From a virus (taxonomy: Duplodnaviria; Caudoviricetes): a stretch of DNA of 51,103 bases. The position numbers and the translations under genes were made by a program. Positions 27,401 to 36,937 of this stretch are shown here, piece after piece. Below the pieces are notes generated by a model. That model was not told where the DNA came from and made no database searches. It worked only from the letters and a program-made list of their open reading frames with translations. Every line of letters starts with the position of its first letter. The stretch's first letter is position 1. The stretch spans positions 1 through 51,103 of IMG/VR virus record IMGVR_UViG_3300007094_000015. One strand, given 5' to 3'.

Positions 27401-30400
27401 ATGCGGTTGAAAAACAGGCCAATGTCTGTTGCCAACTGGAGCGCTTTGGCGTCTTTGGCTTTTGTGCTAGTGATGTCGTCCCAGCCGGGCGCAATGATAG
27501 AGCGTCCTTCTCCGAACCCTGAATCTAACCGAGTACCTTCCGCGCGGCCAAGGACCTTGATCTTATAGCCAAACCGCTTCCCAAACCTATCGGCGACCCT
27601 CTGCACGGTCCCTTGCGTTGCAACTCCGGTATTGGTGTAGTACGCGTCACCGTCACCTTTTGCAGCTTGGTACTCAAGCCGCCCCGTAAACCACGAGTCT
27701 GGCGGATACGCGCCCTCAGAAAAGGTTTCAAAATCGGGTTCGTATCGCACAGTGGAAGCTCGGCGAACCTCCGCTTCTTCTTCAGTAAGCGGGTTAGCAA
27801 AGTCCTTGGCGTACTGCACGACAGACTCAATGCGTTCGGCAGCTGGCTTTGCAGAAAGGGCCTGTTGTGGTGTTTGCGAGTCAGCCGCAACACTCTCCTT
27901 GCCGTCGCTTGCAAACTCAAACAACATTGCGGCTAACTTCGCTGCGCGACGTTGCTTATTGCGAGTGGTATGTATAGAAACAGACCCCCCTTCAATCCAC
28001 GGGACGCCGCCGATAGCCACAGCTGAATACTCAGTGTTAAATTCCAAGCCGAGCAATATTGCACCAGTTTTCGAGACCTTTTCGTACTCCTCCTCGCTGG
28101 GCTCCGGTATTTTAACGACCCCAATGTTGTCGCCAAACATCTCCACCTCCAGCTCGCTGCGCCTGGGGAACATGTCATGCCCCATCGGACGCGGCAGCTC
28201 GCTCTGGCTCACCATGCGCACAACACCCTTTGGGCCGTGCTTGTCAATCAATGCGAGAATCTCTGCGTGGTTAACCTTCTGAGATTGAGATGATGCCTTT
28301 TTGCCACTTCCTGTGGTTTTCGTCACGCGACGCAAATCTTCAAGTAGCGCCGCAGTGTCCTCTGGTTTTTGAAGCGGTTCGTCAAACAGAAAAACCCTGT
28401 CCATCGCATTCGCAAGCTCGTCATTCGACTTGATGAGCGAAGTTTTGCCTTCGCTAAAATCCAATGTCTCCACGCTTCTTGGCACCACTGAGTCCCGGTA
28501 AACAATCAGCTTTCCACCTGCCGTCCTCGTCGGCCTGGACGCAGTGCCTGTACCCGCGACTGGTGCTGCAGGAGGTGCTGCAGGAGGTGCTGCAGGCGGA
28601 GCCTTTGCCTCCACCTTCTTGCCCTTCTTCTTCGGCGGGGCGGGTGGAGTGGACGGCTTTGCGGCGGCTTTGGCGGTTACAGCGGCATGAAGCGCTCGCA
28701 GTTGCCCAAGGCTGGACGCGTCACTGTACTTGCCTTCAGCCCATCGCCCAGCACTCGACAAGAGGCGAAAGGTGTCGGCGGGAAACTGATTTGGATCAGT
28801 TGTCGAGAAATCATCCAACAGCAAGGCGACCCTGACGAAGTCTAGAGCCTGAGGTTTTGTCGCAAACTCCTTCAAAGTCATCTGAAGCGGCATGGACTGG
28901 ACAAAATAACGGCCTTTTGGCTTCGAGGAAGTCCCTACATCCATTTTATAAATGGCCAGATTGCCGTACACAGTAGCGTCAACGGTATCACGCCACGGCT
29001 TTCCCGCGTCGTCCGTGCCTGTTCTTTCGATTTTCTGCCGCTTCCCGCTAGATGCGTTTGCATCAGCTGCAATTGCGATTCCCTGCCTTAGCTCTTCGAC
29101 TTCGGCTTGCTCCTTGCGATTTTTCTCGGCAGCCGCTTGCGCCTCCTCCTGCTGCTGCTTTTGCTTAAGCTCCCTATGCCTAACGTGCTCTAGCTTGTGC
29201 TCTACTGCGGCCTTGTTGTGCGCGTAATACGGATTTTCCTGCCAAGACAAGTCAAATTTTCCAACGTCCTTGTCATCGTCAAAGTCGCGATTGAACGTAA
29301 GGATGTCGCTGCCATCTTTGTCTTTGCTCGCGGTAAACACACCCCCGCCAGCAGTCAGTTCATCCTCCGGGCTGCGCACCACTGAGCCACGAACGTCACT
29401 GTCGTTGCCTTCACCCATCAACCACAGCTTATTGTCCACAAAGTAAGCAGCACGCCCTTGTTTCTGCGCTTGCTGCATTACAGCTTTCACAAGATCACTG
29501 GCCTCGGACTTTTCACCTATCGTGACGCCTTCCAGGCTTGGCGCGTCAGGCTGCTTCGCCTCGGGCTTCTTCTCTTCGGCAACCGGCTGCTTTTTAGGCG
29601 TTGCCATGGGTGACTTGGGATCGCCCATGCTGCCGATCCAAATTGGCGGCAGCTCGCCAATGGCGACGTACTTATCGCCTTCTCGCTTATACCGGCTTGG
29701 TATCTCAGGTGACTCGTACGCACTAACATAAGTCACGTCGAAAGGCGTAGTACTACTTCTTGGCTGCAGAGTAACGAAGACCTGCTGTTTTTTCCAAGCA
29801 CCTTCGCCACTTGAGGTCGACTTACTGGGTTTGAATGCTGATTTATAAAACAAGGTAAACGCGTCTTGCTGCCTCTCTTCATTGTATTCGTGAGTAACAG
29901 CGACCCCTGTCTCACGAAGACGTGATAGTTCCGCTTTGATAAAGTCTTTGCTTGCTGTTTTCCACTTGTTGCTTGAACTATCCCAGTATGGTTTTATGGA
30001 AGACAGAAATTGATCTACAGACAATTCTGGCTGCGAGGCTATTACACGTTGCTGCTTCTTGCCCTTGCTCTTCTCAGGCTTCGCCTTGGGCTCCACGACC
30101 GGCGTAGTGGAGGCCGGGGACGCCTTAACTGGCTTACTGGCGTCCTTCTTGGATTTAGCGTCCTTCCAAACGTACTGGTCGCCTTCGCGGACATATTCCT
30201 TAGGAAGATCTTTAGCAAATCCCCACTCGTCGACTCGGTCTGCTGGCAGCGGCAGTTTCTCCGCCGCTAGGTCATACAAATACCCCTCTGCAAGTCGCCT
30301 CTCTTCGGCAGATGAGCGTAAATTGCCAAGAGCGCTGCGACCCTGCTCCGTGAGCATCCCCTTGCGCTTGCCTTTGCCTTCCACGTCACCATTGGCCACT

Positions 30401-33400
30401 AATTCGGCTATCTGCTCGTCAGTCAAAGGCTCATAGCCGCGCCTAGCAGCTTTGTTTGAGATCGACCGAAGCCTGCGAAGACGCTCCGCATTATCCATTG
30501 CAGCAACCGGCTTCTTGCCCTTTTTAGGCACAGATTCAGCCTGAGGCTTGTTCGCGTCTTGCGCAGTTACCTTGCGAATCAGGTCTAGCGTGCCCTCGGT
30601 TGAGAAGTTCCTCGAACTAATTTCACCGGCTGTGTATCTTCCATACAGCGAGAAGTCTTTCTTCATTCTCTTTTTTATGTCAAGGAGCCACCCGTCACCG
30701 CCAACTGCGTTCTTAATGCCGATAATCAGCCGATGCACTGCCACGTCGTACACGCCGCCATAGTCACTTGCATCTTTGTCGCTAAGGAAAGCATTTGGCG
30801 GAAATGGTTTCTTTGCGTCATTGCGAGGCGTGCCGTCGCCTTCAAAATCAAACACAAGCGAAGCTACCTGCGCAATTCGTTCAGCCTCTTGGTAGTCGCC
30901 CGTACCTAAATGAATTCCGCGATTCAGGCCTTCCCCTAGTACGACAACATCATACATCGCCGTGCCAGGCTCCCTGATCACGGCCAAGTTGCTTCCGAAT
31001 ACAACTGCTTCAGCGAGGTCGAAAGTGTCAGCAGATGACTCGTATGACTCAATCCCCAAGGTGTTAAGATCAATCTCTTGCACCACTCCGGCTGGTGCGT
31101 ACTTCTCAACGATCTCCTTGATCTGGCTGCGCATCTCGTTCACTTGTTCGTAGGCAGCTTTGGCCCTGGCCATACCATCCGACAGCTTCTTGCCCTTCGA
31201 CTTGTCGGGCTTGGGCTTGGGCTTATCTTGCTTCTTGCCCTTGGACTTGGGCGGGTCCGGCTTCTTCGGTTCATCAGGCGGCGGCGTCGGAGTTGGCGTC
31301 GCAGGTGCCGGGGGCGGAGTCGGAGTCGGCGGAGTTCCTGGCGGAGGCGTGTCCGGGTCTGCTGGTGGATCGGTGGGTGGGTCGGTGGGCGGATCCTCTT
31401 CCCAGAACTTCTTGCCACCGCGATCAACCCACTCCTGCATGAACTCGTTGTTTACGAATTCGACGTGGCGTCCCGTACCTCCCTCGCGTTGCACGTCCTC
31501 CACGGCTTTTGCCAGTCCGTTGCCGAACGCAGTGGACATGGACGCGCCCTGATTCATGGCGTCCACGGCATCCTTGGCGTGCTTGGCTGCAATGTCCCGC
31601 AGGGCATTGATCGTGTCGGTGTCGAGCGGCTGGTCGGCGTCCGTCGGAGGCGTATCGGGCGTGGCAGCTACCGGCGCAGGGGCGACGGGAGGCGTCGGCG
31701 TTGCTGCGGCGGGCGGGGCGGCAGGCGGGACAGGAGGAGCAGGCGGAGGAGTGACTGGCGTCTGCTGCGGCGGGATGGGCTGCGCACCAACGCCCTTGCC
31801 ACTGGTCATGGCGACAGCCACCATCTCGCGCAAGTCGTCGTCTGTCAGTGACTTCAGCGCTTTAGTGCCCTTTTTAGGCAGCTTGATGCCAAACATGTCT
31901 GCCAGAGACAGTAGTCCATCACGGTCCTCGCCTTCGATCTGCTTGTATACCGCTTGGGCAGCATCAGACAGCGGCGGACGCTGTGGCGTGTCCTCCTCGA
32001 CTGGCGTTTGCGGCTGCACCGGCGCGGCGGGAGGCGGCACGGGCGTCTGCTGCACTGGAGGCTGTGGCTGAACCGGCGCTGGCTGCACTGGAGCCTGCGG
32101 CGGCTGCACTGGCGGTTGCTGAACCGGAGCCGGGGCGACTGGCCTGCTTCTGGCCGCCTCAGCCTCTCGCCTTGCCATCTCCTGCTTGATGATGTCCTGC
32201 TTGTTCTTTCCACCTTGTTTCCGTAGCCGATTACGCTTGTCACGGCGCAAACGCGTGTTACCGCCAAACAAGCGACGCAACTCAGAAGCGCTCATCCCCT
32301 GCATCTGCTCGTAGGTTAAAACATCGCGCTTCAGGCCCTTGTTAGGCTTGCCATAAGCTGGGTCAAGGTCTTGAATGCCGGGCTGCGCTGGAAGCCCGTA
32401 GCTTTCATCCAGCGGAGCGGTTTTGGGCTGGGCCGCTTGTGGCGAAACACCCGATTTAATCGCCCGGTCGATTGACTTGGCCTCTGCGACCCACTCGCTC
32501 ATGTTGGAACGAGCTTTTTTACCCCAGTAGTTGGCCAGCGTCGCCTGTGACGTGCCCAGGATATTGGCGAACTGCTTGCGCGACACATTGTGCGGCAACT
32601 TCGCCAATGCACTTGCGACTTCGGGGTACTCGTTCAGAAATGCTGTCGACGACCGATAGCCGGGCGTGCCGGATCGTTCGGCTTCCAGCGAACCCACCAA
32701 CGACTGCTCGCGCTTCGGACGGCGGCCAGGAATCGCGGTGCCTGTCTGGGACTCGTAAGCAGTAGGCGGCTCTTGTCTTGTGATGTTTGCGGATTTGGGC
32801 GACTGCTCCAGCTTGCTTGGCTGCGGCAATGGATTGTCTGCCGCGTACTGATCTGCCTCGGCTTGCAGCCTTGCCTCTTCCTCGCGATACGCGTTTTTGG
32901 CGCTGCGAGTCTTGGCCTGCTCAATCCGCTGCGGAACCTGCGAGGCCATGCTGATCGCACCGCCGCCAGCTCGCATTCCGGCCCACGCCAGGAACTCCAC
33001 GCCCAGCTGCTCAGCGGCTCGCTGACGAGCTGCGGCACGCGCTTCTGGCGTGTCGGCCGTGAATGACTCAATGGCCGCACCCGTCACGCCGTAGCCACCT
33101 TCACCCAAGGCTGCGCCCATGCCGATTTCAGCAACGCGCTCCTCAATAAGTTCGCCCAGCAGCCCGTGGACGCCCATCTTGCGCATGACTTCGTTCGCGC
33201 GCGTCGGGTTTAGTCCTGTGCTTCGCTTGACCGTCAGCGCGAGCCACTCACCAAGCCCCTTTTCGATGCCAGTCGGAGGAATGAAATTGCCGATCTGCTC
33301 GCTGGCGACGTTAATAAACTGCTCAACCGCAGCTTTAGCAGCGGCCGGTACTGCTGTCTCGTTGGGATCAGCAGCCAGGCGGTCGGCCGTGCCTTTGGCC

Positions 33401-34248
33401 ACGCGACCAACGCCAGTCCCGAATGTTGTCTTAAGGCTGGTTTTCAGGGCCGTCCCGGCCGTCTCCTTAACAGACTTCTTTGTGATTGACTCAATGGCTT
33501 CCGATATTGCCTTCTTGGCTGCCCACTTGCCACCTGTCTTGGCGGCTACCTGCGCACCACGCGACCCGAGAGACGTGCCCAACGAGGGCGCTGCAGCCAA
33601 CATCTCGACGCCCAGGGCCGGGGCCATGGTAATCACGTCTGCCGCCTGGCCCAGCATCGAACGATTCTCGTAGAACTTCTGGTCGTTCAGGTACTGGCCG
33701 ACAGTCAGGTAGTCCTCTGGACTAGCCTTTCCGTCCTGAATGCGCCGGGCAGCAAGAGCCACCGTCAATGGCTCGGCTGCGGAGGCAAAACCACCAACGA
33801 ATGGCACTCGCTCGGCCCAGTAGGTGGCGCTTGACGGAGCGTTGCCCGCTGTAGCCTGCTCAGCCAGCTGAAGACGCACGTCGGCGGGCGCTTGCGGATT
33901 CTGATAACTGTAGAGACGGCGCTGCAGCTCGCGGTGCTGATCCGACGTGGCCGTGCCCATGGCTCCGGTAATCTGCTCCTGCGTTACCGGCGCACCAGAT
34001 GCAAGCAGCTGCTGGGCAGAAACTGGCTGCGGGTATGCGTGTGGCTGGCTTTGCCAGTCAAACTGCGGTGCGTTTGGAAAATTCTTCTGCGTCAGCGGAG
34101 CATACGGCAGCATCGACCCGTCTGGCTTGGCAGCAGGCGCAGCTGCGCGCGAAGGAGCGAATGAAGCCGTGGCCTGCCGAATCTCCTCCTCAGTAGCATC
34201 GTCCGGGAAGCGAGCAACGCGGCCGTTGGGCAGGATTACGGTCTTCAT
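24472..34248 (-). CDS. Giant (3258 aa) internal virion/ejection protein, polyvalent-protein-like, with HExxH metallopeptidase motif
   Basis: Last of three ejection-type genes; Gly/Ala helical N-terminus; Pro/Lys-rich linkers; IVGHELAH; C-terminal region with NSLLSG..TH..N, D.FF, YSYARIEP and YDLWG motifs like podoviral gp16-type proteins. Confidence 0.75.
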   Translation of the reverse strand: MKTVILPNGRVARFPDDATEEEIRQATASFAPSRAAAPAAKPDGSMLPYAPLTQKNFPNAPQFDWQSQPHAYPQPVSAQQLLASGAPVTQEQITGAMGTATSDQHRELQRRLYSYQNPQAPADVRLQLAEQATAGNAPSSATYWAERVPFVGGFASAAEPLTVALAARRIQDGKASPEDYLTVGQYLNDQKFYENRSMLGQAADVITMAPALGVEMLAAAPSLGTSLGSRGAQVAAKTGGKWAAKKAISEAIESITKKSVKETAGTALKTSLKTTFGTGVGRVAKGTADRLAADPNETAVPAAAKAAVEQFINVASEQIGNFIPPTGIEKGLGEWLALTVKRSTGLNPTRANEVMRKMGVHGLLGELIEERVAEIGMGAALGEGGYGVTGAAIESFTADTPEARAAARQRAAEQLGVEFLAWAGMRAGGGAISMASQVPQRIEQAKTRSAKNAYREEEARLQAEADQYAADNPLPQPSKLEQSPKSANITRQEPPTAYESQTGTAIPGRRPKREQSLVGSLEAERSGTPGYRSSTAFLNEYPEVASALAKLPHNVSRKQFANILGTSQATLANYWGKKARSNMSEWVAEAKSIDRAIKSGVSPQAAQPKTAPLDESYGLPAQPGIQDLDPAYGKPNKGLKRDVLTYEQMQGMSASELRRLFGGNTRLRRDKRNRLRKQGGKNKQDIIKQEMARREAEAARSRPVAPAPVQQPPVQPPQAPVQPAPVQPQPPVQQTPVPPPAAPVQPQTPVEEDTPQRPPLSDAAQAVYKQIEGEDRDGLLSLADMFGIKLPKKGTKALKSLTDDDLREMVAVAMTSGKGVGAQPIPPQQTPVTPPPAPPVPPAAPPAAATPTPPVAPAPVAATPDTPPTDADQPLDTDTINALRDIAAKHAKDAVDAMNQGASMSTAFGNGLAKAVEDVQREGGTGRHVEFVNNEFMQEWVDRGGKKFWEEDPPTDPPTDPPADPDTPPPGTPPTPTPPPAPATPTPTPPPDEPKKPDPPKSKGKKQDKPKPKPDKSKGKKLSDGMARAKAAYEQVNEMRSQIKEIVEKYAPAGVVQEIDLNTLGIESYESSADTFDLAEAVVFGSNLAVIREPGTAMYDVVVLGEGLNRGIHLGTGDYQEAERIAQVASLVFDFEGDGTPRNDAKKPFPPNAFLSDKDASDYGGVYDVAVHRLIIGIKNAVGGDGWLLDIKKRMKKDFSLYGRYTAGEISSRNFSTEGTLDLIRKVTAQDANKPQAESVPKKGKKPVAAMDNAERLRRLRSISNKAARRGYEPLTDEQIAELVANGDVEGKGKRKGMLTEQGRSALGNLRSSAEERRLAEGYLYDLAAEKLPLPADRVDEWGFAKDLPKEYVREGDQYVWKDAKSKKDASKPVKASPASTTPVVEPKAKPEKSKGKKQQRVIASQPELSVDQFLSSIKPYWDSSSNKWKTASKDFIKAELSRLRETGVAVTHEYNEERQQDAFTLFYKSAFKPSKSTSSGEGAWKKQQVFVTLQPRSSTTPFDVTYVSAYESPEIPSRYKREGDKYVAIGELPPIWIGSMGDPKSPMATPKKQPVAEEKKPEAKQPDAPSLEGVTIGEKSEASDLVKAVMQQAQKQGRAAYFVDNKLWLMGEGNDSDVRGSVVRSPEDELTAGGGVFTASKDKDGSDILTFNRDFDDDKDVGKFDLSWQENPYYAHNKAAVEHKLEHVRHRELKQKQQQEEAQAAAEKNRKEQAEVEELRQGIAIAADANASSGKRQKIERTGTDDAGKPWRDTVDATVYGNLAIYKMDVGTSSKPKGRYFVQSMPLQMTLKEFATKPQALDFVRVALLLDDFSTTDPNQFPADTFRLLSSAGRWAEGKYSDASSLGQLRALHAAVTAKAAAKPSTPPAPPKKKGKKVEAKAPPAAPPAAPPAAPVAGTGTASRPTRTAGGKLIVYRDSVVPRSVETLDFSEGKTSLIKSNDELANAMDRVFLFDEPLQKPEDTAALLEDLRRVTKTTGSGKKASSQSQKVNHAEILALIDKHGPKGVVRMVSQSELPRPMGHDMFPRRSELEVEMFGDNIGVVKIPEPSEEEYEKVSKTGAILLGLEFNTEYSAVAIGGVPWIEGGSVSIHTTRNKQRRAAKLAAMLFEFASDGKESVAADSQTPQQALSAKPAAERIESVVQYAKDFANPLTEEEAEVRRASTVRYEPDFETFSEGAYPPDSWFTGRLEYQAAKGDGDAYYTNTGVATQGTVQRVADRFGKRFGYKIKVLGRAEGTRLDSGFGEGRSIIAPGWDDITSTKAKDAKALQLATDIGLFFNRMKMSGVGTLPVTVDFFASDRQGIGGFAYRNHVFLNRAILFNNTLDEVWGIVGHELAHAASIDRLHQLFGEDLVARFAKDYYEIAIPEYRKLLDKNPSLLYREGVARMVQEFMSSATFRDSLLKEKPTGWAWLVELISKLFGKNEGEWKYQSPEMQEAADTFRSLLTSPEFAKAAGISSYVQFQQSPLPGPRRRREEQERARVQRAFGRANPASTVAGRSQVYEQDIFSGLPENRPRSEAEAAAAARLAGDGLQKETQLFLERFRSGNFAPLPSEADYATLRGIIDNVTVSQAMGKDAKSLKDMSLLVNGWRQTRTELARSLSLRDPIARDPKTRLRRAIIHNVFEGTDSELVKKIVEALEKAGIDINSPDLEENLELVTKALGIILSEKKRHAKGKPAAFADMVYEFYLNSLLSGWKTHAANLAGNTFNLMWTNTVERMSEIAVSKLTRGKLSNDNEIRDMREMAEMFKAMGKAVGHAFNNSLTAFRSEYSPINLMTGHSDEFNNMMVPSYAMPGTIGKVVRTPGFRLLQMSDEFFRTIAAHGAAAIEAYRLGKQVGIKPEKMSDFVAGHVRDYSSPVWQAAMAEADLQTFQQEGGRTAKAAKKGVNSFKTIPGVRYMLPFSSFLINSFSRVSELTPGVGLVFSAINALSGENVNWNRAIGSQIVATALMAAVASMVDDEDENGLPRITGTKAVNSGRRGLQYMTAPPMSIRLWGSYYSYARIEPLNTMLSSAVDFAHEVKRGGNPIAAIPTSFLRQVDDKNYMQSIEDLLEIINSDQNMSGKAIDYAGSVAIGFVPNLYRQTKRELRNVVTDTGSKPGDTTQERIKRLMMKAELPGVGYAYRYDLWGKPMRTSSPQTSVIWRLLVPVQHKYISDVLPVSIAIRRWNEQMEAEGKDDDRISTELPRYPQIDGKPVSMKDYETYAREAGQYSYNALKDRKFPETMTPRHAKMIEDALKRGRKIALFRLKKRLAEKDE

Positions 34249-35204
34249 TTTTGGATCAGTTTCCCGGTTTGTGGGTCTCGGATAAATTCGACGGGCTTGG
34301 CGTCGGCGGCAGCTGCCTGGATCTCGGCTATTGCCTTGCGTACCTCGGCGTCGGTCGGCTGAACGTGCTCCACCTCACCAGTCTTTTCATTGAATTTTTT
34401 GCTCAACGACTCCCGGACCTTTAGATACAGGTCTTGATAGTCCTGCATGTCCTTGGCAGAGTTATCCACCTCCGGCTTTTCTGGAGTCGGAGCGTGTAAC
34501 AGGCGAGCTGCGCCGTTGCGGTCGAGAGCGACGGCGATCTTTCGCTGGCCAGTCTTGTCGTTGGGGTCCGGCATCCACACGACGCTGTCGTTGATGATCT
34601 CCTGCGGCGAAGGTGGCTTCACCGTGGGAATCGGGAGCTCCTGCGAGATCTCGTAGAGCGCCTGAGCACGCGGCCAAGGCTTGAGCGTCTTGTCTTTCAT
34701 GATCGTGTCCATCGCCTTGAGCTTGGCCTTGTAGGTCTGCTCATCTTCGGGCGTGAACGACATGCCTGCATCAAGCAGGCCCTGAATCTGGTCCCGCATC
34801 TGGCCAGCAGCGCCGCGAAAGAACGCCGCCTGATCGCGATTTGCTGCGTTGTCGTTGACTTGCTCTTCGGCCTCTCGATTGGCGTCGCGAGTCCTTTTGA
34901 TCCGGTCCAACTCGTTGTCGTGCTCCAGTTGCATCAGGCGCTTTCGCATCTGCTCTTCGCGCTCGGCCTGCTGCATTTGGAACTGGTTGTTCACCCGCAA
35001 CCGCTCCAGATCCATCTGATGACCCTGGAACTGTTGTTCCATTGCCATCTGTCGCTGAATCATGTCGGCTTGTATCTGCCGGTCCTGCATCCGAGCTTCT
35101 GTGGCCATCCGCTGCTGCGCCTGCATGGCTTCACCTGCACCGGCATAGTAGCCAGCTTTGGCGAGTGTCTGGACGCTGGGCTGGTGAGTGACAACAATCG
35201 GCAT
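34245..35204 (-). CDS. Internal virion/ejection protein (gp15-like position)
   Basis: Gln/Met/Arg-rich coiled coil, coupled to the giant gene. Confidence 0.55.
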   Translation of the reverse strand: MPIVVTHQPSVQTLAKAGYYAGAGEAMQAQQRMATEARMQDRQIQADMIQRQMAMEQQFQGHQMDLERLRVNNQFQMQQAEREEQMRKRLMQLEHDNELDRIKRTRDANREAEEQVNDNAANRDQAAFFRGAAGQMRDQIQGLLDAGMSFTPEDEQTYKAKLKAMDTIMKDKTLKPWPRAQALYEISQELPIPTVKPPSPQEIINDSVVWMPDPNDKTGQRKIAVALDRNGAARLLHAPTPEKPEVDNSAKDMQDYQDLYLKVRESLSKKFNEKTGEVEHVQPTDAEVRKAIAEIQAAAADAKPVEFIRDPQTGKLIQK

Positions 35205-35208
35205 AGCG

Positions 35209-35421
35209 TTACATCCAGTAGGGCTTGGAGGCTTGTCGCCTGATTCCGTAAGGCTTCATCGGCTGTTGGGCGTACACGCGACGGTACGCTTGGAATGCGT
35301 CACCCGTCATGTCCATGCCAGCAGGCGGCCGCGTGTTCATCGGGTTGTAATAGCTCATATTCGGGTAGCCGCTAGAGGCGGTGGCCCGGAGTGCGGTGTG
35401 ATAGATCTGGAGTGGGTCCAT
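35209..35421 (-). CDS. Small hypothetical protein
   Basis: 70 aa filling the gap between two ejection-type genes. Confidence 0.45.
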   Translation of the reverse strand: MDPLQIYHTALRATASSGYPNMSYYNPMNTRPPAGMDMTGDAFQAYRRVYAQQPMKPYGIRRQASKPYWM

Positions 35422-35423
35422 GG

Positions 35424-36203
35424 CTAAAACTCGAATGGCTCGTCGTTGATTCGGTTTCTCTTTCCTGCACGCCGGGCTTTGTTTTCCAAGACGCGCTGAC
35501 GCCTTCGTGCAAGGTCTTGCTGTCGCGCTGCATTGAACATCATGGCCGGGCCATTCATCATGGCCATGTGGTTCGCCAGCCCGGTGTTGTACATGTTGGC
35601 CACCATATCCGGCGTCATGCCGATGGGCTGTCCGTACATTCGGCCGCCAGCACCAGGAGCAAACTGGCCGGACGCTCCAAGGCGACGATACAGCTCCATG
35701 ATCTGGTTCGGATCTGGCCCCGCGTCGGTGCGACGCTCCATCACGCCGAGCTTGCCCTGCGTAATGCTCATGTCTGCATTGACGCGGCTGTTGGCTGCCA
35801 GCTCGTTAGCCCGGGCCACCGACTCGGCTCGCGAACGGTCGATCCCCATTTGCATGGTGGCGGGGATACTAGAGTTGGCGAGGCCACGATTAACCAGCTG
35901 CTGATACATGTTTGAGCTGGTGCCCGAATACGTCCGGTTGATGTCCGCCATGGTGGACTGACCGGCTGCGGCAAGATCCGCCCTGGTGCGGGCGGCAAGG
36001 TCGTCGTACCCGCGCAGGATGTCCTGGTAGCGTGTTTCGTTGGCCTGATTTGCCTTATTGACGGCAGCTTGATACTGATCCATCACGCTGCCGCCACGCT
36101 GCGACTTTAACACGCGAGTGCCAGTTCGCTGTAGATAGACTGGCAACATCTTCTTGGGCACGACTCTCATCCAAATAGCCTCCTGTAGGTGGCTCTGTCC
36201 CAC
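35424..36203 (-). CDS. Internal virion/ejection protein (gp14-like position; start uncertain)
   Basis: Gln/Ala/Met-rich helical protein with LVNRGLANSS motif; downstream of the nozzle gene. Confidence 0.55.
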   Translation of the reverse strand: MGQSHLQEAIWMRVVPKKMLPVYLQRTGTRVLKSQRGGSVMDQYQAAVNKANQANETRYQDILRGYDDLAARTRADLAAAGQSTMADINRTYSGTSSNMYQQLVNRGLANSSIPATMQMGIDRSRAESVARANELAANSRVNADMSITQGKLGVMERRTDAGPDPNQIMELYRRLGASGQFAPGAGGRMYGQPIGMTPDMVANMYNTGLANHMAMMNGPAMMFNAARQQDLARRRQRVLENKARRAGKRNRINDEPFEF

Positions 36204-36391
36204 TCGTTAATCGACGCCCTCCTGCGAGAGCAGCTGTCACAATTAGAAAAACCAAGCTGGGAAATGACAACGTGAATCCAGTCGCCGAGGCCCCAGGTGT
36301 TGCAGGTGCGGTAGGTCGTCTTTTCAGTCACGATGGATCGGCAGCGGATGCACCTCTTCACGCTGCCGACCGTCTCAAAATCGCACCTCAT
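36167..36391 (-). CDS. Small Cys-rich protein (CxxC...GLGD...CxxC..RR..N)
   Basis: RCIRC, WGLGDW, NCDSCSRRRASIN. Confidence 0.65.
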   Translation of the reverse strand: MRCDFETVGSVKRCIRCRSIVTEKTTYRTCNTWGLGDWIHVVISQLGFSNCDSCSRRRASINEWDRATYRRLFG

Positions 36392-36686
36392 GACTTGCCC
36401 ACATGACGAGCAGACCAGACGAGAAACTGACGGCGAGAGAGTGCAGCAGCAGCGGCACCGGCTCCGTAATCCCTGAAGCGGCGACAGCTACCAACGCCAC
36501 CCAGAACGCAACGCAATACGGACAGTTCAGCAGGTTCACAAGGTCCGTGGTGGATACGTCTGCGTCTTCCACTCCGACATAGCGACGCACCTTCGTCATG
36601 ATGCCGCACGGCCCGTGCTCCAGCACCACAAACCGGGATACTCTGGCCACGGCCAGCGACAGAATCGCGAACAGAAACGGACTCAT
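36375..36686 (-). CDS. DUF1360-like membrane protein with CPYC motif
   Basis: LAVARVSRFV...GP...L.CPYC..FW plus hydrophobic helices. Confidence 0.7.
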   Translation of the reverse strand: MSPFLFAILSLAVARVSRFVVLEHGPCGIMTKVRRYVGVEDADVSTTDLVNLLNCPYCVAFWVALVAVAASGITEPVPLLLHSLAVSFSSGLLVMWASHEVRF

Positions 36687-36937
36687 TGCAGCGCCCTCGC
36701 AATTTTCAAGGCTTCTTGTGTCGCGCGAACTAGGTGGCGATTGGCCTGCATGTCATCCAGATGGACACGCAACACCTGCCCCTGCGCGACGTTTCCGTAG
36801 TTTGTTTTGGTGGACTCACCCACCAGCGGACCGGAGTAGCCCAACACAACGACCAGCACCATTGAAGTTTCCGGCTTCTTGGCGGCCACCACTCGCCCGT
36901 GTGTCGGCAGGCGACGCCCGCAACCCTTGCACGCCAT
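36683..36937 (-). CDS. Small protein with N-terminal MACKGC motif
   Basis: ATG 36937 overlaps the upstream stop (TAATG). Confidence 0.6.
   Translation of the reverse strand: MACKGCGRRLPTHGRVVAAKKPETSMVLVVVLGYSGPLVGESTKTNYGNVAQGQVLRVHLDDMQANRHLVRATQEALKIARALQ

Noticed and set aside
28562-28597. ggtgctgcagga x3 tandem repeat
   Set aside because: It simply encodes a PPAA linker in the giant protein.
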